Sequence record: SRR2962707_4620
Strand: one strand, 5' to 3'
Length of the DNA stretch: 53,814 nucleotides
The notes under the pieces are model-generated. The model searched no databases and was not told the DNA's origin. It saw nothing but the letters and a program-made list of their open reading frames with translations. Positions within the stretch are counted from its first letter, which is position 1. The number at the start of each line of letters is the position of its first letter. A program made the position numbers and the translations under genes. Below are positions 1 to 11,341 of this stretch, in pieces.

Positions 1-390
1 TTAAAATACTGCTTTAAGCCAAGTTAAATGTTGAGTGTCTATTTCTTGATCAAACAATATGGCGTCGAAACGACAGGCATTTGTTGATTTATTGTTTTGT
101 TGTAACCAGTAGTCCGCGGTCAATCTGACTTTTTTAAGCTTTGACGGATTAAGACTTTCTGCGGCGCTGCCATGCGATGCGTTGGCGCGAAAGCGCACCT
201 CGACGAACACATAGGTATCATTGTCTAGGAAAATGAGATCAATTTCTCCCATGCGACTGTGGAAATTCCTATCGATCAGTCGCAATCCTTGCTGCTGTAA
301 ATAAAGCTCAGCCGCTTGCTCGGCTTTCTCCCCGTTATTCTTCGGGGAGTTCCGTTTCTTCCTTGTGAAAAAATTGAGTACTGACGGCAT
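1..390 (-). CDS. yraN: YraN family (UPF0102) nuclease-like protein
   Basis: GEKAEQAAELYL...RNFHSRMGEIDLI...VFVEVRFR...RFDAI motifs; directly downstream of lpoA as in other gammaproteobacteria. Confidence 0.93.
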   Translation of the reverse strand: MPSVLNFFTRKKRNSPKNNGEKAEQAAELYLQQQGLRLIDRNFHSRMGEIDLIFLDNDTYVFVEVRFRANASHGSAAESLNPSKLKKVRLTADYWLQQNNKSTNACRFDAILFDQEIDTQHLTWLKAVF

Positions 391-2182
391 TAACCAAATT
401 TCCTTTTCGGTAAGTCATAATCTCAGGTCGTTTATGGAATATACCATTTTTATCCATGGTAATAATGCCTGTATTAGCAGAAAGTCGTGTACTTTTTAGT
501 TGTACAAACAAAGGGTAGCGGTTAGCGAGTAAATAGGCGTCCGCTCCGAGCGCGTACAAACGGCGCAGAATATTAGAATCTCGGTCTGTTGAGACTTCAT
601 CAAGTAGGCTGCTTTTTTGGGCGATGGCCGGGATTTCTGTAAATAGGATACGCTCAATGTCGCTAAAATTTATATTGCGCTCTGGTGGCGTATCGTTAAG
701 CGCACTGCTGGCCAGCATAGGGATGCTTTTGGCAAAGTAGTAATCCAGCAAAGGGCGAACTTGTTTTGCATCGCTGAGTTTGCCAACAAAATACACATAG
801 TCTAAATCTTGCCTAGGTCTTGTAACACTGTCCACTTGTTCCCCTGTCCAGCGCTGAATGAGGGCGATGCGACGCTTGCTCTCATTCACCAGTAACAGTT
901 TTTGTACCGTATTTTGACGGTCTCGTGAGGCATTTTTATAAGAAAGGTTAGCGGCAACGCTAATGTTTTCTTTCTTGGCCGCTTGTAAAAATTCATCCGC
1001 TTGTCTTAATGCCCAAGTGCTTTGGGTGCTCAAAATAGCGGCTTTTTTCGCTCCGGCTTGCTTCGCGAAATGGATCAGTTCGTGAATGTCGTCTTCGGAG
1101 CTTAACGAGAAGTGGAAGAGGTTATTAACATAAGCATTGGTGCCCAGTTGGTTTAGCGCAATAACAGGGTGGCTCAATGTTAATTGGCTAAGGCGTGCGA
1201 CCTTGCTCTTTTTAAGAGGCCCAATAATCACATCAGGATGCAGCGCGTTTGCTGCCGCGAGTGCATCAGCTATGTTTGGGTAGCTGTCGGTGTCGATAAT
1301 AGAAATATCAGCTCGTTTGGTTTTCTGATGGTAATAGGCGGAGAAAAAACCATCGATTATCGCTTGGGATGCACGTTCCAGTTTGTTGCTCATTGGCAAC
1401 ATTAGGACGATTTTCTTTGGCGCCATTTCACCCAGCTTGGCGATCACTTTAAAATCCAGTGGTGGATTAAGCGCCGCAGGGTGTTCTGGGTATTGTGCTT
1501 GCCAGTGTTGGAATTGAGTGAGTTGTTGTTCAATCGATAGGGTTTGATTGCGCAATATTTTGCTGATCGTGAGCCAACCCTCTAGATTAGGTTGCGAGCT
1601 TTGCTCGAGCCCTTGCACTTGGGTGTCGGTCAGGTTTTGAATGCTGGCCCACAACGCGGCTTGGTTATACGCTTTGTCATCACCCGTCAAAGAGTCATCT
1701 AGTGAAAGCCTGAGTGTAATGGCTTGTGACCAATGCCCTGTGTGCTCCAACACGATGGCTTTGGTTTCATTAAGCTGAATTTGATTGCTCGGCTCTTGGG
1801 CAGAATCCAGTTGGCTGGCTTGTGTTAATAACGCCATGGCCTTGATGGGATCGTCCAGTTTTGCGGCAATCAAAGACGCTAATAAAGACGCCTTAAATTG
1901 GATGCGAGAGGGCGTAATGAGTATTTTCTCACCCAAGGTATCGTGAGCATTTTGATACTCACCGTCTTTGTAAAATTGCAGCGCGTTGTCGTACGCGGTC
2001 ACCAATTCTTTTGGCGCTTGATACGGATGGTAGATGCTGTCAGGCGCGGTGCTTTCTTGACTACTTGGCGGTGTATATTGCGGTAAAGTGCCCTGCGATC
2101 TATTTAAATTCGTCGAGCTACAAGCACTTAGCAGAAATGTACAGACGGTTAATGATATGATGCGAAGATTAATTAGGCTCAT
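335..2182 (-). CDS. lpoA: Penicillin-binding protein activator LpoA (LppC family lipoprotein)
   Basis: Start moved to ATG 2182, giving a lipoprotein signal (MSLINLRIISLTVCTFLLSAC); LMLPMS, IIGPLKK, RLYALGADAY motifs; lies between yraN and rsmI. Confidence 0.88.
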   Translation of the reverse strand: MSLINLRIISLTVCTFLLSACSSTNLNRSQGTLPQYTPPSSQESTAPDSIYHPYQAPKELVTAYDNALQFYKDGEYQNAHDTLGEKILITPSRIQFKASLLASLIAAKLDDPIKAMALLTQASQLDSAQEPSNQIQLNETKAIVLEHTGHWSQAITLRLSLDDSLTGDDKAYNQAALWASIQNLTDTQVQGLEQSSQPNLEGWLTISKILRNQTLSIEQQLTQFQHWQAQYPEHPAALNPPLDFKVIAKLGEMAPKKIVLMLPMSNKLERASQAIIDGFFSAYYHQKTKRADISIIDTDSYPNIADALAAANALHPDVIIGPLKKSKVARLSQLTLSHPVIALNQLGTNAYVNNLFHFSLSSEDDIHELIHFAKQAGAKKAAILSTQSTWALRQADEFLQAAKKENISVAANLSYKNASRDRQNTVQKLLLVNESKRRIALIQRWTGEQVDSVTRPRQDLDYVYFVGKLSDAKQVRPLLDYYFAKSIPMLASSALNDTPPERNINFSDIERILFTEIPAIAQKSSLLDEVSTDRDSNILRRLYALGADAYLLANRYPLFVQLKSTRLSANTGIITMDKNGIFHKRPEIMTYRKGNLVNAVSTQFFHKEETELPEE

Positions 2183-2214
2183 AAGCTCATAAAATGACAG
2201 ATAAAAGAGGCAAT

Positions 2215-3075
2215 ATGGTAGCACATAGTTCAGATGATGTGAGGGGGACGCTCTACATAGTTGCAACCCCAATAGGCAATCTTGATGATTTTAGTATAAG
2301 AGCTGAAAAAACTTTACGCGATGTAGACTATATTGCGGCAGAAGACACTCGTCACACCCGTCGATTGTTGAATCATTTTGGCATCGAAGCCAAACTTTTT
2401 TCGATCCACGATCATAATGAAAAAGACAAGTCTGAGTACGTCGCTAGCTTGTTGGAAGAGGGGAAGAATGTTGCCCTAGTATCGGATGCCGGTACGCCAC
2501 TTATTTCTGATCCGGGTTACCACATTGTCAGTTTCTTGCGTGCTCGCGGCTTAACAGTGACACCAGTGCCTGGTGCTTGTGCTTTGATTTCTGCCTTGTG
2601 TGCTTCGGGCTTACCAACGGATCAGTTCTTTTTTGCAGGGTTTGTCCCAGCAAAGTCAAAAGCACGCTGCGACTTGTTTGAGTCATGGAAAAAACAAACT
2701 GGTACGGTGGTTTTTTATGAATCGACGCACCGTATTTATGATTCAATTAAGGATGTTTTAAATGTTTACGGGGATGATGCTAGATTGGTCCTTGCCCGTG
2801 AAGTAACCAAAACGTTCGAAACCTTTTTGTCGGGCACAGCCGCAGAAATTCTTGCTATGTTTGATGCCGACGCAAACCAGTTGCGCGGTGAGTTTGTTGT
2901 CATGCTGAGCTTTATTCAAGAAAGCGGCGACGAAAAAGAACTTGAATCAAAGCGTATCTTGGGCATTCTTTTGGAAGATTTACCTGTTAAGCAAGCCGCG
3001 TCGATGGCGGCAAAATTAACCGGAGAGAAGAAAAATCACCTCTATAAAATGGCCTTGGAAATGCAAGGCGAGTAG
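2215..3075 (+). CDS. rsmI: 16S rRNA C1402 2'-O-methyltransferase
   Basis: LYIVATPIGNLDD, AAEDTRHT, LVSDAGTPLISDPG motifs; AGAGG RBS before ATG 2215. Confidence 0.96.
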   Translation: MVAHSSDDVRGTLYIVATPIGNLDDFSIRAEKTLRDVDYIAAEDTRHTRRLLNHFGIEAKLFSIHDHNEKDKSEYVASLLEEGKNVALVSDAGTPLISDPGYHIVSFLRARGLTVTPVPGACALISALCASGLPTDQFFFAGFVPAKSKARCDLFESWKKQTGTVVFYESTHRIYDSIKDVLNVYGDDARLVLAREVTKTFETFLSGTAAEILAMFDADANQLRGEFVVMLSFIQESGDEKELESKRILGILLEDLPVKQAASMAAKLTGEKKNHLYKMALEMQGE

Positions 3076-3154
3076 CGTTTTTTCTTGATCGTTTGGTCGA
3101 ATCTAATGTGAGCACTGAGTGTTTACATTAGATTAAGACTGAGTATACTCGTTG

Positions 3155-3246
3155 GCACTTGTCGGAGTGCCATTTGGCTGAGATCGCATATTTAGTGCGG
3201 GATCCGCAGAACCTGATCGGGTTAAGACCCGCGTAGGAAACAAGAA
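3155..3246 (+). ncRNA. TPP riboswitch aptamer
   Basis: cttgtcggagtgcc...ggctgagat...gatccgcagaacctgatcgggttaagacccgcgtaggaaacaag matches the THI element (CTGAGA, ACCTGA, GCGTAGG; P1 cttgt/acaag); upstream of thiC. Confidence 0.95.
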
Positions 3247-3435
3247 AGTCTCCATTTTCTTATCTGCATCAAATGAACTCCTGTGTATTTTGTTCGATTG
3301 ATGTCGCGTCATTTTTCCTCATTCAAACAGACCCACAGGACTCATCTTTTTTGCGATATAAAACGCCTAAATAACGGGCTTTTGTTTCGTAAGACAGCAC
3401 CCCAGACAAGCAATTCTCTATTTTTTTCTTAGTAG

Positions 3436-5400
<1,965 letters not shown>

Positions 5401-5414
5401 GCCGAGGAACGACT

Positions 5415-6839
5415 ATGAATCAACTTCCGGTTATTTGGCAAGTTGGCGCGCGACAGGCTACGGCCTGTTCGCGCGCCTTGTCAGCCACGGTTGCTGAGCA
5501 TTTAAAGTGTGTTGTAAAGCATATAGACACGTATCGGCAAGCCGAGCCGTCAAGCGTCTCTTGTTCGTTTGCGCAGTTTGATGACCAATGGCAAAGCTTG
5601 CTTGATCAATCGATGCCAGATGTTATTTATTTGCATTCATTACCATCAAATGAGTTGGTGGTGTGTTGTGCTAAATGGCTTAAGCAAATCAAAGCTTTGT
5701 TGCCGTCGGTTAGTGTGGTGTTGAACGCTGAGGTCAATGCCAATGTGAATTGCCATCGTTTTTTAACGGAATTGATAACCAACACAGATCTCATTGTGGC
5801 GCCCAAGCGTCAGCTTGATTGCTTGGTAGGATGCCTTAACACAGAGTCAGTAACAGACATTAACACTGCGTTGCAGCCTTGGCTTTCTGTCTCTGAGGCC
5901 AGCTGGCTTTTGAGCGATGAGCAGAGCGGAGCGCTGTGCTTGATAGCGAACCAGAAATCGTGCGGTTTTTCCCTTGCGGCGCATCATCAGAAATTATCGC
6001 AAACTCAACAAGACGCCCGTACCTTTTCGTTGGCCTGCTTCTTAGCCCATGGTTATGACACCTTGGATGCCATCACTATGGGCCAGACCTATTTGGCCAG
6101 TGATCTCGAGGGCTGTGCAGGTTGGCCGAAACACACTCAGTATTTGCCCAGCATCACAGCGCTCAGTTCAGTGGCGCCCGCGGACGTGAGTGATTTGTCA
6201 TTTACTGCTATCGATATGCAGAAATTTGGTTTGTATCCGGTGGTAGATTCGCTCGCTTGGCTGGAATTGGTGCTCGAAAATGGCGCGACCACAGCTCAGC
6301 TGCGAATCAAAGACCCTAGCGTTTCAACGTTAGACAGCCAAATTAAAGGCGCTGTGGCACTGGGTAAGCGTTATCAGGCTCAGGTCTTTATTAATGATTA
6401 CTGGCAAAAAGCCATTGAGCATGGCGCTTTTGGGATACATCTTGGCCAAGAAGACTTAGCGGTGGCGGATTTGAGTGCCATTAGTCAAGCAGGCTTGGCG
6501 CTGGGCATCAGCACTCATGGTTATTTTGAAATTGCCAATGCGATGAAGATTCACCCTAGTTACATTGCTTTGGGTCATATTTTCCCTACTCAAACCAAGG
6601 ACATGCCGTCGCAGCCGCAAGGTCTTGTACGCTTAGGCTTCTATGCCTCCTTGTTAAAAGGAGTGTATCCGACGGTGGCCATTGGTGGCATTAATGCCGA
6701 ACGTGTGGCGCCCGTGTTAAAAACAGGGGTCGACAGTGTGGCCTTGGTGACCGCGATCACCAAAGCCGATAACCCAGTGCAAGCCACACGGGACTTATTG
6801 TCTTTGTATCAAACAGAAAAGGCGGCTTTTGATGAGTAA
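5415..6839 (+). CDS. thiE: Thiamine-phosphate synthase with a degenerate N-terminal ThiD-like domain
   Basis: C-terminal GLYPVVDS, QLRIKD, FINDYW, GIHLGQED, STHG, VAIGGI is ThiE; the N-terminal ~270 aa has only remnant ThiD-like segments. Confidence 0.88.
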   Translation: MNQLPVIWQVGARQATACSRALSATVAEHLKCVVKHIDTYRQAEPSSVSCSFAQFDDQWQSLLDQSMPDVIYLHSLPSNELVVCCAKWLKQIKALLPSVSVVLNAEVNANVNCHRFLTELITNTDLIVAPKRQLDCLVGCLNTESVTDINTALQPWLSVSEASWLLSDEQSGALCLIANQKSCGFSLAAHHQKLSQTQQDARTFSLACFLAHGYDTLDAITMGQTYLASDLEGCAGWPKHTQYLPSITALSSVAPADVSDLSFTAIDMQKFGLYPVVDSLAWLELVLENGATTAQLRIKDPSVSTLDSQIKGAVALGKRYQAQVFINDYWQKAIEHGAFGIHLGQEDLAVADLSAISQAGLALGISTHGYFEIANAMKIHPSYIALGHIFPTQTKDMPSQPQGLVRLGFYASLLKGVYPTVAIGGINAERVAPVLKTGVDSVALVTAITKADNPVQATRDLLSLYQTEKAAFDE

Positions 6840-7041
6840 CGAGATCACGCTTTATGTGAACGACAGTCCACTGTCCTTTTTGGGAAAGACGGTAATGGAT
6901 TTATTGCATCAACTGGATAAGCCGTCTCAAGGCATTGCAGTGGCCATTGATCAAACCGTGGTGCCTAAAAGTGTGTGGGCAACAACCATGCTTGAAAGCG
7001 ATATGAATGTGTTTATTTTTGAATCCATTGCAGGGGGTTAA
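6832..7041 (+). CDS. thiS: Sulfur carrier protein ThiS
   Basis: 69 aa ubiquitin-like protein ending in IAGG, within the thi operon. Confidence 0.93.
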   Translation: MSNEITLYVNDSPLSFLGKTVMDLLHQLDKPSQGIAVAIDQTVVPKSVWATTMLESDMNVFIFESIAGG

Positions 7042-7042
7042 T

Positions 7043-7819
7043 GTGTCATCTTTAATGATTGCAGGTCATGAGTTTTCATCGCGCTTATTTACTGGCACTG
7101 GCAAATACGCCAGCGCCGATGCGATGATGGCGTCGATTAACGCCAGTGGTAGTGAACTGGTGACTTTGTCTTTACGTCGTATGGATTTGAAACATCAAAG
7201 TGATAATATTCTGCAGCCGTTACAGCAGCATGGTATTAAGCTTTTGCCTAATACCTCAGGGGCTCGCACGGCAAAAGAAGCGGTGTTTGCCGCACAATTA
7301 GCACGAGAAGCGCTGGAAACAAACTGGGTCAAGTTAGAAATTCACCCTGACCCAAGGTATTTAATGCCGGACGCGATAGAAACATTGGCGGCGGCTGAAG
7401 AGCTTGTGAAACAAGGCTTTGTGGTGATGCCTTATGTGCACGCTGATCCTGTGTTGTGCAAGCGATTGGAAGAAGTGGGGTGTCAATGCGTGATGCCACT
7501 TGGGTCGCCAATTGGCTCTAATATGGGCTTAGCGAGTAAGCCTTTTCTGGACATTATCATTGAGCAAAGTCAGGTACCTGTGATCGTTGATGCGGGCATT
7601 GGCGCGCCATCGGATGCCGCGTTGGCATTGGAAATGGGCGCCGATGCCGTGTTGGTGAATACGGCCATGGCGGTGGCGCAGAACCCGGCGCAAATGAGTT
7701 TGGCCTTTAAAATGGCGGTAGAGGCAGGGCGCTTGGCGTATGAATCGGGCTTGGGTGAAAAGCGTCAGCAGGCGCAAGCGTCGAGCCCTTTTACGGACTT
7801 TGTTGGTAGCTTGTCATGA
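7043..7819 (+). CDS. thiG: Thiazole synthase
   Basis: [45 protein letters not shown] start at 7043 just after the thiS stop. Confidence 0.97.
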   Translation: MSSLMIAGHEFSSRLFTGTGKYASADAMMASINASGSELVTLSLRRMDLKHQSDNILQPLQQHGIKLLPNTSGARTAKEAVFAAQLAREALETNWVKLEIHPDPRYLMPDAIETLAAAEELVKQGFVVMPYVHADPVLCKRLEEVGCQCVMPLGSPIGSNMGLASKPFLDIIIEQSQVPVIVDAGIGAPSDAALALEMGADAVLVNTAMAVAQNPAQMSLAFKMAVEAGRLAYESGLGEKRQQAQASSPFTDFVGSLS

Positions 7820-8988
7820 GCGCGGTGAAACGACTTCATATCTGCCCACAAAGTCCCGAGGTTGAAGGGCAATTTAGTTCCGTACTGGCGTCTCAATCGT
7901 GGCAGCAAACTGCGTTATTGCATGAGTCTATTAATGAGCAAGATGTGAAAGCCGCACTCGCCAAAAAACGACTCGATATCAAGGATTTTGCGGCGCTAAT
8001 TTCCCCCGCCGCAGGGCCTTATTTGATGCAAATGCTGGCAAAGTCAGAACAGCTGACACAACAGCGTTTTGGTAATACGGTGAGTTTGTTTGCTCCTTTG
8101 TATTTGTCTAACACCTGTGCCAACGAATGCACTTATTGTGGCTTTTCCATGAGCAATGCGATTAAGCGACTGACTTTAAACGAAGGACAGCTCGCAAAAG
8201 AAATCGCCGCCATAAAAGGCAAAGGCTTTGATAGTATTTTGTTGGTCACAGGCGAGACGAACAAGGTATCCATGCCCTACTTTGAACGCATGATTCCATT
8301 GATTAAACCGCACTTTAGTCAGCTTTCTATGGAGGTTCAGCCATTAGAGGCTGAAGAGTATAAAACTCTGCAAGGCATTGGTTTGGATGCGGTATTGGTC
8401 TATCAGGAAACCTATCGTCGACAGACGTATTTAGAGCATCATCTACGGGGCAATAAATCCGATTTTAATTATCGTCTCGACGCGCCAGATCGAATAGGAC
8501 AAGCCGGCATCCATAAAATCGGCTTAGGGGTGTTGCTGGGCTTAGAAGATTGGCGTACCGATTCCATCATGATGGCTAAGCATCTTCGTCACCTTCAAAA
8601 GCGTTATTGGCGCAGTCGTTTTAGCGTGGCGTTTCCTCGCATTCGTCCTTGCGAAGGCGGCATAGTGCCTAAATCAGTGATTTCTGATCGTCAACTGGTG
8701 CAATTGATTGCGGCGTGGCGTTTGTTTGATGCGGATTTAGACATGAGCCTGTCTACGCGTGAGTCCTCTGAATTTCGAAATCATGCGGTGCGGATGGGCT
8801 TCACTACGATGAGTGCCGAATCCAAAACGCAGCCTGGCGGGTATGCCGAAGACGCGCAACAGGCCTTAGAGCAATTTGAAATCAGTGATGAGCGCCCGGT
8901 AGGTGAGATTGCCAAAATGATTCGCCAACAAGGACGTGAGGTTATTTGGAAAGACTGGGACCCGTCGCTTAGTCATACACACTCGTAA
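7816..8988 (+). CDS. thiH: 2-iminoacetate synthase (radical SAM tyrosine lyase)
   Basis: [17 protein letters not shown] (CxxxCxxC), YQETY, SLSTRES, TQPGGY, VIWKDWD. Confidence 0.96.
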   Translation: MSAVKRLHICPQSPEVEGQFSSVLASQSWQQTALLHESINEQDVKAALAKKRLDIKDFAALISPAAGPYLMQMLAKSEQLTQQRFGNTVSLFAPLYLSNTCANECTYCGFSMSNAIKRLTLNEGQLAKEIAAIKGKGFDSILLVTGETNKVSMPYFERMIPLIKPHFSQLSMEVQPLEAEEYKTLQGIGLDAVLVYQETYRRQTYLEHHLRGNKSDFNYRLDAPDRIGQAGIHKIGLGVLLGLEDWRTDSIMMAKHLRHLQKRYWRSRFSVAFPRIRPCEGGIVPKSVISDRQLVQLIAAWRLFDADLDMSLSTRESSEFRNHAVRMGFTTMSAESKTQPGGYAEDAQQALEQFEISDERPVGEIAKMIRQQGREVIWKDWDPSLSHTHS

Positions 8989-9039
8989 GGAATTAATGCC
9001 AGCAGAGGCATGCAAGAGGCGTGAAAACTTGAGAAGATA

Positions 9040-9092
9040 AGATAACCCCATCGGAATGCTCACAGACGACATTCCTATGGGGTTATTTTTTT
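9040..9092 (+). terminator. Intrinsic terminator after the thi operon
   Basis: ataaccccat..ggaatg / cattcc..atggggttat stem followed by a T-run. Confidence 0.75.
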
Positions 9093-9121
9093 GTCTTGAG
9101 TCATCATCGATAGGGGGAATT

Positions 9122-9544
9122 ATGTGGTATCAAAAAGAAATTAGGCTGCCCAGCAAGCCAAGAGGTTTTCATTTGATCACGGACGATATTGTGCGCGCTA
9201 TGCCAGAGTTAAAAAGGATGAAAATAGGGGTATGTCATGTCTTTATTCAGCATACTTCGGCCTCGCTGACCATCAATGAAAACGCGGATGCCACAGTGCG
9301 CGAAGACTTCGAAAATTATTTTAACCGAACCGTGCGAGAAGGAGAGTCCTATTACCGTCACAATGACGAAGGCGATGACGATTTACCCGCTCACATAAAG
9401 ACTAGTCTGCTCGGGGCCAGTGTACAGATTCCAATCAGCAACGGCGCTCTTAATATGGGAATCTGGCAAGGCGTTTATTTGGGAGAACATCGAGATTATG
9501 GTGGCGAGCGTTCGCTTGTTATTACGCTTAATGGAGAAGAATAA
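9122..9544 (+). CDS. yjbQ: YjbQ family (UPF0047; secondary thiamine-phosphate synthase activity)
   Basis: MWYQKEIRL..RGFHLIT, HTSASLTINENAD, DDLPAHIK, GIWQGVYLGEHR; AGGGGG RBS before ATG 9122. Confidence 0.93.
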   Translation: MWYQKEIRLPSKPRGFHLITDDIVRAMPELKRMKIGVCHVFIQHTSASLTINENADATVREDFENYFNRTVREGESYYRHNDEGDDDLPAHIKTSLLGASVQIPISNGALNMGIWQGVYLGEHRDYGGERSLVITLNGEE

Positions 9545-9786
9545 TGAGCAAATTAACGTTAGATAGCGCCGATAAAGTCAAAATGACGGACCAGCTAAAA
9601 GCCTATTTAGAGCAGGAGTTCGACCTGTCAGTTGGGGTCTTTGAGGCGGAGTTCTTATTGGACTTCATCACAGATAATTTTGCAGCAACCTTTTATAACA
9701 AAGGCTTGGCAGATGCCCAGCAAGTGATGCAAGAAAAAATGGAAACCTTTCACGATGCTATTTATGAGCTAGAAATGTCGTATTAA
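9544..9786 (+). CDS. DUF2164 family protein
   Basis: YLEQEFDLSVGVFEAEFLLDFI...FYNKGLADAQ pattern; start overlaps the yjbQ stop. Confidence 0.8.
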   Translation: MSKLTLDSADKVKMTDQLKAYLEQEFDLSVGVFEAEFLLDFITDNFAATFYNKGLADAQQVMQEKMETFHDAIYELEMSY

Positions 9787-9870
9787 TGGCTGCATTTTAG
9801 AGCAAAACGCATCAGGTCTTTTTTGTTGTTTGGCCAACCGTGCTGATTCAAGCAATAAAAAGAAACTTTG

Positions 9871-9945
9871 CTGACAGCGGCCTGACAAGATTTACTAAGA
9901 GGTGTCAACCCTCTGACACACACTGACAAAAAAGCGTTTTATAAT
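9871..9945 (+). promoter_or_regulatory. Promoter with four CTGACA direct repeats and a TATAAT -10
   Basis: CTGACA at 9871, 9882, 9913 and 9923 (11- and 10-bp spacing within pairs); TATAAT at 9940-9945; no canonical -35 at 17-bp spacing. Confidence 0.6.
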
Positions 9946-9951
9946 AACCTC

Positions 9952-10112
9952 ATCCCAGAAAGCTTGTTCTCTCCCTTAGAGCAAGTTGAATGACGAGTAA
10001 TGGTCTAAAACCTGAAGATGATGCGGGTTTTAGATGATGAGCAAGAGTAAAGCGTTCTTTTGTGATAGTCGTTGAGTGTTGCCCCAGTTGTAAAAAGCTG
10101 GGGCTTTTTTTT
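9952..10112 (+). ncRNA. Candidate small regulatory RNA (~160 nt)
   Basis: Own -10; hairpin cttgttct/agagcaag with loop ctccctt; hairpin tctaaaacc/ggttttaga; terminator gccccag/ctggggc+T8; no convincing ORF. Confidence 0.6.
10081..10112 (+). terminator. Intrinsic terminator
   Basis: gccccagttgtaaaaagctggggc followed by T8. Confidence 0.85.
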
Positions 10113-10287
10113 GTTTAAAATAAATGATTAGGTATGAAAGAAGTTTATAAAAAAGAAAATAGAGATGGCGTTTATATAATATAAAAAATCAAAACCCGAT
10201 TGTGAAAATCATTTTAATTCAAAAGTTTTCGTCTGCACTGTTTTGGTGTTTTGTTGTTTTTGTGCTCTTTTTTGGAACATTTGTTGG

Positions 10288-11121
10288 TTAAATATATTGA
10301 ATTCTATTAATGTAGCTCTCTTGTTTTACGCTGCTTTGGTAAAGCATAGGGGTTGCATGAACTAACTTTTTAAACTCTTTTTGGAAATGTGACTGGTCAC
10401 TAAAACCTAGGCTAAAAGCAAGATCGGAAAGCTCAATATTATCGCTGTGATTGATATTGTAGACTGCGGATTGGCAGCGCACGATGCGACTAAACGGCTT
10501 AGGTGTGACACCAACATCATCAACAAACAAGCGCTGTATTGTGCGCCTTGTATAGCCAGTCAGTGCTTCCATGTCTTGTATCTTTATATTGCCATTATTC
10601 GCATAAATACTTTGTATCACCTGAGCGGTGGTTGCGGAGCATTTCCTTGCTATCTGACAGTCATAAAATTGCTCAAAGTATGAGACTTGTTGAACAAAGT
10701 TTTCTGTGTTTACTATTTCTTCAAATAACTGATTTGTATCAGGATTTATATCTAATAATGTCTGTTTTGTGCTCACCAGTTCTTGCGCCGAAGTGGCCAG
10801 AAAATCTGGCATCATACCCGCTGTAAAACGCACCCCAAAATAGCGATGCCCAGCGGCTAAATCGATACAGGTAGCTTCCAGTGGTGTGCCATAAACTTCT
10901 GCACTTGGATGGCTGCTGTCGCAATCAAACAGAATATCAACGCAACCATCTGGTATGGCAAATACCGATTCCTCTTGGTCGCTAACCTCAAAGCTATAAA
11001 AGTGCGAAATAGACGCATTGTCCGAGTGACACAATGAAAACTTCTGAGCGGCACTTAACACTAACCAAGGCTGTTTAGAGCGAATGCTTTTTAGATGTGA
11101 TAGCAATAAATGAGTAGACAT
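10288..11121 (-). CDS. AraC family transcriptional regulator
   Basis: C-terminal GYTRRTIQRLF...GVTPK...LAFSLGFSDQSHFQKEFKK double HTH; N-terminal IPDGCVDILF; divergent from the amine oxidation genes. Confidence 0.92.
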   Translation of the reverse strand: MSTHLLLSHLKSIRSKQPWLVLSAAQKFSLCHSDNASISHFYSFEVSDQEESVFAIPDGCVDILFDCDSSHPSAEVYGTPLEATCIDLAAGHRYFGVRFTAGMMPDFLATSAQELVSTKQTLLDINPDTNQLFEEIVNTENFVQQVSYFEQFYDCQIARKCSATTAQVIQSIYANNGNIKIQDMEALTGYTRRTIQRLFVDDVGVTPKPFSRIVRCQSAVYNINHSDNIELSDLAFSLGFSDQSHFQKEFKKLVHATPMLYQSSVKQESYINRIQYI

Positions 11122-11157
11122 GGCTCACACTCGTTATTTAAAACAATAAAGAACCCT

Positions 11158-11173
11158 AGCAAATTAAGTGCCA
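11158..11173 (-). promoter_or_regulatory. Sigma-54 (-24/-12) promoter for the AraC gene
   Basis: Minus strand reads TGGCAC-TTAAT-TTGCT, matching the TGGCAC-N5-TTGC consensus, ~40 bp upstream of the ATG. Confidence 0.7.
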
Positions 11174-11341
11174 AATAATTTTTATAAAATATAAATAGGC
11201 ATGTCCCAAAAATACAATACCTAATAAAGTCGTATTACTAATATCGAAATGCCTGCTGGGTTTCTTTGTTAAATATTAGGTTTTTATAAAGATTACTCTT
11301 AATTAGCAGAATTTAATTCAATCTTATATTTAGGTGATGCT

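Noticed and set aside
9990-10037. 15-codon ORF MTSNGLKPEDDAGFR inside the candidate sRNA
   Set aside because: No convincing RBS and it spans a strong hairpin; not excluded without ribosome profiling, but unsupported
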